Origin: Gemmatimonadota bacterium
GTDB taxonomy: Bacteria; Gemmatimonadota; Gemmatimonadetes; Longimicrobiales; Gaopeijiaceae
Assembly: GCA_039589315.1 (NCBI GenBank)
Contig: JBDHHQ010000012.1
Coordinates: 1 to 64,000, forward strand
Length of the DNA: 64,000 nt
Direction: 5' to 3'
A model generated the notes under the pieces. That model ran no database searches. It was not told the origin of the DNA and saw nothing but the letters and a program-made list of their open reading frames with translations. The translations under genes were made by a program, and so were the position numbers. Of the stretch, positions 58,814 through 64,000 are shown piece by piece. The stretch's first letter is position 1. Each line of letters starts with the position of its first letter.

Positions 58814-59221
58814 ATGTACACGGTAAGCGTACAGGCCCACTACGACGCGGCCCACTTCCTGGCCAACTACGACGGGAAGTGCAACCGACTCCACGGTCAC
58901 CGGTACGTCGTCGAGGCGGCCGTCCAGACGCCCGATCTGGACGCGTCCGGCATCGCCTTCGATTTTGCCGATCTGAAGGGCCTGCTGCGGGAGCTCGCCG
59001 ACGAGCTCGACCACCAGAACCTCAACGATCTGCCTCAGTTCCGGAACGTGGAGACCAGTGCCGAGAACCAAGCGAAGTACTTCTTCGACGCCCTGCGGGC
59101 GCGGCTTCCGGATCACGTGGCCGGCGGATTGATCTACACGCGGGTCTGGGAGGGGCCCAATCAGTGGGCCCAATTCAGCGAAGGGCCCTGGATGGCGCCC
59201 CCTGGGCCGCCGGGTACCTGA
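58814..59221 (+). CDS. queD: 6-carboxytetrahydropterin synthase (PTPS family)
   Basis: AAHFL, CNRLHGHRY, DF, LDHQNLN, TSAEN, VWE. Confidence 0.88.
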   Translation: MYTVSVQAHYDAAHFLANYDGKCNRLHGHRYVVEAAVQTPDLDASGIAFDFADLKGLLRELADELDHQNLNDLPQFRNVETSAENQAKYFFDALRARLPDHVAGGLIYTRVWEGPNQWAQFSEGPWMAPPGPPGT

Positions 59222-59357
59222 ACCCTGTCGTCCGCCGCGAGCCGTCGACCGAATTCTACGTGGGACAAGGAGATGTCGAGCTCCTTGGGCCGTTGCGTGG
59301 GCCCCTGGCCCCGCCTACGTTTTGGGGCGGCAGGCACCCCGACGCTCAACCCCTCCC

Positions 59358-59789
59358 ATGACCTGGCTTCGTAGGCTCTTTGGCGGCAGAGGCCACTCAG
59401 AGCGAGTGGACTACTATGAGGAAGGCCTCGCCCTCCTGTCCGAGGGAAAGTTCCACGAGGCCCTGACTTCGTTTCGCCTTGCGCTCAAGGACGCCCCCGG
59501 CGATCCGGTGGTGCTGCAGCAGATCGCCATCGCCTACACGCGCATCGGCATGACGGACGAGGCCGCCAAGACGTATCGCCATGTGCTCCAGCGCGATCCG
59601 GCAGCGGCGGGTGCCCACTACGGCCTCGCGTTTCTCCTGCTCCGCTCCGGCCACCAGATGGAGGCGGCGCAGCATCTGCGGGCCTTCCTGGACAACGCGC
59701 CCCGCACCGTGGAGGCGGAGCAGCACGTTTCCCACGCCCGGGCCACGCTCGCCCAGTTGACGGGGGAGCCAGAGCCCGAGCATGGCTGA
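59358..59789 (+). CDS. TPR protein
   Basis: Repeated TPR consensus (YEEG...EAL..F..AL; AHYGLA). Confidence 0.8.
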   Translation: MTWLRRLFGGRGHSERVDYYEEGLALLSEGKFHEALTSFRLALKDAPGDPVVLQQIAIAYTRIGMTDEAAKTYRHVLQRDPAAAGAHYGLAFLLLRSGHQMEAAQHLRAFLDNAPRTVEAEQHVSHARATLAQLTGEPEPEHG

Positions 59790-60213
59790 GAAGCGCGTAC
59801 GGCTCGACTGGACCGGCCAGGGCCTGGTCTTCCGCGGAGGACCGTCCGCCGACACCGCGGTGACGTTGGACAGCGACGGCGAGCAGGGCCCGTCGCCGAC
59901 CGACTTCCTTCTGCTGTCGCTGGCGGGCTGCATGGGTGTGGACGTGCAGGTCATACTCGAGAAGTCCCGGGTTCCGGTTGAGGCCCTGGCGGTGGAGGCA
60001 TCAGGTCAGCGCGCACCTACCGAGCCTCGTCGCTTCACCTCGATCCGCCTCGTCTACGAGGTGAAGGGTCCGGAAGAGGAGCACCAGACGCGCCTGGAGA
60101 GGGCGGTGGCGCTTTCGAGGGACAAGTACTGCAGCGTGCTGCACAGCTTGCAGCCCGACATCGATCTCGACATCGAGATCCGACGGACCCGAGCCTCGAA
60201 CACCGGGGCATAG
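59782..60213 (+). CDS. OsmC-family protein (Cys form, YhfA-like)
   Basis: GPSPTDFLLLSLAGCMG, KYCSV. Confidence 0.88.
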   Translation: MAEKRVRLDWTGQGLVFRGGPSADTAVTLDSDGEQGPSPTDFLLLSLAGCMGVDVQVILEKSRVPVEALAVEASGQRAPTEPRRFTSIRLVYEVKGPEEEHQTRLERAVALSRDKYCSVLHSLQPDIDLDIEIRRTRASNTGA

Positions 60214-60264
60214 CTCAGCCCGCCCTCTCGAGAACGGTTGGGGATCCCCTCACAGGAGACCGCG

Positions 60265-62124
60265 ATGGGGAACGTGGAGTTCACAGCGGACTACGCCGTC
60301 CACAAGGCCGACCTACCCCGCGGCACGTTGACCCAGCTGTACCTGGACTCCGTCGACCGCTTCCGGACGGCGCCCGCTTTCCGGTGGTTCGAGGGCGAGC
60401 GGTTGCTCGAGATGACGCACGACGAGGCCTTCAGCCGTGTACGGGCTGCGGCAGGGGGGCTCGTCTCGTTGGGACTCGACAAGGGCGGGCGTGCAGCGAT
60501 CCTCTCGGAGAATCGGCCCGAGTGGGCCATCGCCGACTACGCGTGCCTTTGCACGGGGATCCAGGACATCCCCATCTACGCGTCTCTGACACCTCACCAG
60601 ATCGCCTACGTCCTTTCCGACTCGGGAGCCACGGTCGTCTTCGCCAGCTCCCGCGCGCAGTTGGAAAAGGTGGTCGAGGCCCGGGAGGATTGCGAGCAGG
60701 AGATCAAGGTCGTCGTCTTCGACGGGGTGGACGATCCCCCGCACGACGTGGTCTCGTGGGATGCCCTTCTCGAGCGGGGCAGGGCGTTGGGAAGCGAGGC
60801 CAACGAGGAGGCGTTCCGGGCAGGCGCACGGCAAGCCAAGCCCGACGACGTCGCCACCATCCTCTACACGTCGGGAACGACCGGCGACCCCAAAGGGGTC
60901 ATGCTGACCCACAACAATCTCTTCTCCAACGTCACGGCGTCCCTGCGCGTCCTGCGCGTCAGGCCCGACGACGTGACTTTGAGCTTCCTGCCCCTCTCCC
61001 ACGTGCTCCAGCGCATGGTGGATTACCTCATGACGTCGGCAGGGTGCGTGATCGCCTATCCCCGCTCCCTCGAGACCGTCGCGGACGACCTGAGGACCGT
61101 ACGCCCCACGGTGCAGGTGTCCGTGCCCCGGGTCTACGAGAAGGTCTACAACAAGGTGATGGAGGCCGAAGGGGTGAAGGGGCGTCTGGTGCAGTGGGCC
61201 CGGGAGGTGGGAGAGGCGTGGGTCGCCGAGACGCTGGCGGGTCGGGAGCCCAGCGGCGCGTTGAAGCTGGTGTACCGCATCGCCGACGGCCTCGTATTCA
61301 GGAAGATCCGCGCCGCAGTGGGTGGCCGCGTGCGCTGGTTCGTCAGCGGCGGCGGCCCTCTTTCGCCTGACATCAACCGGTTCTTCTACTCTGCCGGCCT
61401 CACGATCCTCGAGGGCTATGGACTCACGGAGACCAGTCCGGTCACCAACGTGAACACCGAGGAGAACTTCAGCATCGGCACGGTGGGGGTGCCCGTCCCG
61501 GGCACGGAGATCCAGATCGCTCAGGACGGCGAGATCCTCGTTCGGGGACCCCAGGTCATGAAGGGCTATCTGGGCAAGCCCGAGGCCACGGCTGCCGCCA
61601 TCGATCAGGACGGTTGGTTCCACACCGGGGACATCGGCGTGTTGGAGGAGGGCTTTCTCCGGATCACCGACCGGAAGAAGGACATCCTGGTCACGGCCGG
61701 TGGCAAGAACGTGGCGCCACAACCCATCGAGAATCTCCTCAAGAAGAACGTGTTCATCGATCAAGCGGTGATGGTGGGCGACGGACGACGATTCGTGAGT
61801 CTGCTCGTGGTGCCGGCTTTTGCCAATCTCTCGAGTTGGGCCCAGGCCCGTGGGATCGCGGAGACGGATGCCGAGGCGTTGTGCACCCACCCTGAGGTCC
61901 AGCATATGATGAAGGACGTGATCTTCGGCGAGCTCCACGACCTGGCCCGATACGAACAGCCGAAGAAGGTGGCCTTGATCGCCTCGGAGTTCACGATCGA
62001 AGACGGCTCGCTTACGCCGACGCAGAAGGTGAAGCGCCGAGTGGTGGAAGCGCGGTACGCAGAGCTGATCGAGGCATTCTACGCCGAAGAGAACGAGGAT
62101 CGCACCATGTTCGGCGTTTCGTGA
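60265..62124 (+). CDS. Long-chain fatty acid--CoA ligase
   Basis: YTSGTTGDPKG, LPLSH, VPRVYEK, EGYGLTE, HTGDIG, DRKKD, TPTQKVKR; AGGAG RBS. Confidence 0.92.
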   Translation: MGNVEFTADYAVHKADLPRGTLTQLYLDSVDRFRTAPAFRWFEGERLLEMTHDEAFSRVRAAAGGLVSLGLDKGGRAAILSENRPEWAIADYACLCTGIQDIPIYASLTPHQIAYVLSDSGATVVFASSRAQLEKVVEAREDCEQEIKVVVFDGVDDPPHDVVSWDALLERGRALGSEANEEAFRAGARQAKPDDVATILYTSGTTGDPKGVMLTHNNLFSNVTASLRVLRVRPDDVTLSFLPLSHVLQRMVDYLMTSAGCVIAYPRSLETVADDLRTVRPTVQVSVPRVYEKVYNKVMEAEGVKGRLVQWAREVGEAWVAETLAGREPSGALKLVYRIADGLVFRKIRAAVGGRVRWFVSGGGPLSPDINRFFYSAGLTILEGYGLTETSPVTNVNTEENFSIGTVGVPVPGTEIQIAQDGEILVRGPQVMKGYLGKPEATAAAIDQDGWFHTGDIGVLEEGFLRITDRKKDILVTAGGKNVAPQPIENLLKKNVFIDQAVMVGDGRRFVSLLVVPAFANLSSWAQARGIAETDAEALCTHPEVQHMMKDVIFGELHDLARYEQPKKVALIASEFTIEDGSLTPTQKVKRRVVEARYAELIEAFYAEENEDRTMFGVS

Positions 62125-62453
62125 CAACGGGAATCCGGGTCGTGTTGATGACCGCACCCGACGTCGAGACGGGGCAGACGATCGCCCGGACCCTGGTGGA
62201 CGAGCGGCTGGCTGCGTGCGGGAACGTGCTGCCCGGCGTGTCGTCCGTGTTCCGGTGGGAGGGGCGGACTCAGTTGGAGGCCGAAGCCCTGGTGATCCTC
62301 AAGACGGTGGACAGTGTGGCGGACGCCATGTTGAAGCGGGCGGCCCACCTCCACCCCTATGACGTTCCCGAGCTCCTGTGCCTGCCCGTGACCGAGGGTT
62401 GGGCGCCTTATCTGGACTGGGTTTCGAGTGAAGTGGGCGGTGAGGCGACATGA
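62121..62453 (+). CDS. cutA: Divalent cation tolerance protein CutA
   Basis: LVDERLAAC, SVFRWEG, HPYDVPE, YLDWV. Confidence 0.9.
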   Translation: MTTGIRVVLMTAPDVETGQTIARTLVDERLAACGNVLPGVSSVFRWEGRTQLEAEALVILKTVDSVADAMLKRAAHLHPYDVPELLCLPVTEGWAPYLDWVSSEVGGEAT

Positions 62454-63319
62454 CGGTGAGACGTACCGGACGAGAGCAGGAGGCGCCCCCGCCGCCGGAC
62501 GAGCAGGTGGATCTCCTGGACGAGATCAGCGAGGCCGAGGACGCGGGCTCGCCGAGCGCTGCCACGACCGTTGAATCGGCGAACGACGTATCGGTGGATG
62601 GGGCTGCGGAGCCAGCCGAAGCAGATGCCACCGCCGCGCCTGCCGCAGAGGACACGCCCGTCCAAGAGGTGGCCGACCAGGCCGCGCCGGAACCGACGCG
62701 GGAGCCCGCCGAGGCTCTCCTGTCGCAGGCCAAGTCCATGGTCCGTGGCGGTCGCGTCCAGGAGGCACTGCGCATCTACGAGCGGGCCGTCCGGGAGGAC
62801 CCCAGCAACGTAAAGGCGCGTCACAATCTGGGGGTTCTCTACGACGAGTTGGGCTCCCACGAGATGGCCCTCGACCAGTTCGAGGCGGCCCGGGCCGAGG
62901 ACCCCGACAACCTCGAGCTCCTGACCAACATCGGCGAGACGCTCATCCACATGGGGCGCTTCGAGGACGCGGAGCGGGAGCTGAACCGGGTGGATCGGGC
63001 GGACCCGGAGAACGTCAAGGTCCGCACCAACCTGGGCATCCTCTGGTTCCGCCGCGGCAATTACAAGCAGGCCGACATCTTGCTGGGCTGGGTCTGCGAG
63101 CGTGACCCGCGCAACGGCCCCGCGCATTTCTACCGGGGCGAGGCCCTGAACCGGCTGGGGCGCGTCGACGACGCTCTCGCCGTTCTCCACACCGCCACCG
63201 AGCTGGATCCGCAGAACGCCAGGGCCTTCTACACGCTGGGCATCCTGCACGACAAGCTGCACCAGAACGAGCAGGCCCTGGAGATGTATCGAAAGGCCAG
63301 GAAGCTCGGTCGGCGATGA
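62450..63319 (+). CDS. TPR protein with acidic N-terminal extension
   Basis: Several TPR repeats (ARHNLGVLY, VRTNLG, AHFYRG, AFYTLG). Confidence 0.85.
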   Translation: MTVRRTGREQEAPPPPDEQVDLLDEISEAEDAGSPSAATTVESANDVSVDGAAEPAEADATAAPAAEDTPVQEVADQAAPEPTREPAEALLSQAKSMVRGGRVQEALRIYERAVREDPSNVKARHNLGVLYDELGSHEMALDQFEAARAEDPDNLELLTNIGETLIHMGRFEDAERELNRVDRADPENVKVRTNLGILWFRRGNYKQADILLGWVCERDPRNGPAHFYRGEALNRLGRVDDALAVLHTATELDPQNARAFYTLGILHDKLHQNEQALEMYRKARKLGRR

Positions 63320-63837
63320 TCCGGGTCGTCCTGGCCGATCCGGAGACCCTGCAAACCGAGGCCGTCCTCAGGCCCACGACGTCCGCGCTGGACGGGTCGT
63401 CGCTGACGAGCCGCCGGCTCGAATCGGCCGCTGGGCCCCGCTTGGTCGAACGACTTCAACAGACCGACGACCTTCCCTCCGGGGCCGCCGTCATCACTCC
63501 CGCCGGCGACCTCGACTGCTCCTTCCTCATCCATGCGGTGGTCCAAACGCCGGAAGAGCCGGTGAGCGAGGCGACCGTGCGCCGTGCGCTGATCAACGGA
63601 TTGCGTCGGGCCGAGGAGTGGGGCCTGGCGTCGCTGGTGCTCATCCCCTTCGGCATCGGTGCGGGTAATCTGGACGCAGAGGCATCGGCGCGGATCACCG
63701 CCGAGGTTCTTCAGGAACACCTGCCGACTGTCGATACCCTGGAGGAGATCGTCATCGCCGCGTCCTCAGAGTACGAGAGCCAAGCGTTCCGGACCCGCCT
63801 GGCACGGGCTTTCGGGGAAGGTGGCGTCACCGACTAG
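63316..63837 (+). CDS. Macro domain protein (degenerate motifs)
   Basis: GAAVITPAGDL..FLIHAV, PFGIGAG. Confidence 0.75.
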   Translation: MIRVVLADPETLQTEAVLRPTTSALDGSSLTSRRLESAAGPRLVERLQQTDDLPSGAAVITPAGDLDCSFLIHAVVQTPEEPVSEATVRRALINGLRRAEEWGLASLVLIPFGIGAGNLDAEASARITAEVLQEHLPTVDTLEEIVIAASSEYESQAFRTRLARAFGEGGVTD

Positions 63838-63891
63838 ACTCCCGCCTGGGCGTAGGGCTGCGCGACCCGGCAGAGGCTCTCGAGCGACACA

Positions 63892-64000
63892 ATGAACGTA
63901 TCCAGGCGCCTCCTCGCGGGGGCAGTCCTGTTATTCTGGCTGGCAACCGTGGGATGGCAGGTGAGACGGGAGTACTTCCGTCCGGACCTGGCGCGCCTCG
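63892..64000 (+). CDS. Partial CDS with N-terminal TM segment (runs off the window)
   Basis: MNVSRRLLAGAVLLFWLATVGWQVRREYFRP, open to the window end. Confidence 0.55.
   Translation, partial: MNVSRRLLAGAVLLFWLATVGWQVRREYFRPDLARL

Overview
Very GC-rich (roughly 70% by eye, not computed), densely coding bacterial chromosome segment. The gene mix (duplicated orphan ABC permease, GspE_N-receiver fusion, many exported peptidases) suggests Gemmatimonadota or a similar lineage, which is inference only. About 59 CDS are supportable, mostly housekeeping or nutrient scavenging: a CYTH-addB-addA-GGCT operon, an ECF sigma/anti-sigma/Spy-like triad, exported M20/M28/S9 peptidases, thyX, a DAK2-DegV fusion, putP, rho, mlaEFD, FNR-trxB, fumC, nfo, a metal uptake operon, folE-queD and a TPR/OsmC/acyl-CoA ligase/cutA/macro cluster. 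I see no CRISPR array, prophage, transposase, rRNA or tRNA. Signals the ORF track misses or does not explain: (1) an OsmC-family gene with an in-frame UGA at the catalytic Cys position plus a SECIS-like hairpin (probable selenoprotein, 23056-23523); (2) a His/Cys-rich leader ORF ending in the RAPP arrest motif directly upstream of an ATPase-less metal uptake operon (52197-56161); (3) a probable 6S RNA with promoter and terminator upstream of folE; (4) a 167-bp CTAG-bounded MITE-like element whose left end holds a gene's stop codon; (5) a PilB/GspE N-terminal + receiver protein with no ATPase core; (6) a GroES-like orphan lacking the mobile loop; (7) an internally deleted DUF2231/cytochrome c chimera. 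All family calls come from motif recognition by eye; no database searches were run. Start codons were adjusted from the ORF track where an RBS, an overlap or family length suggested a better start.
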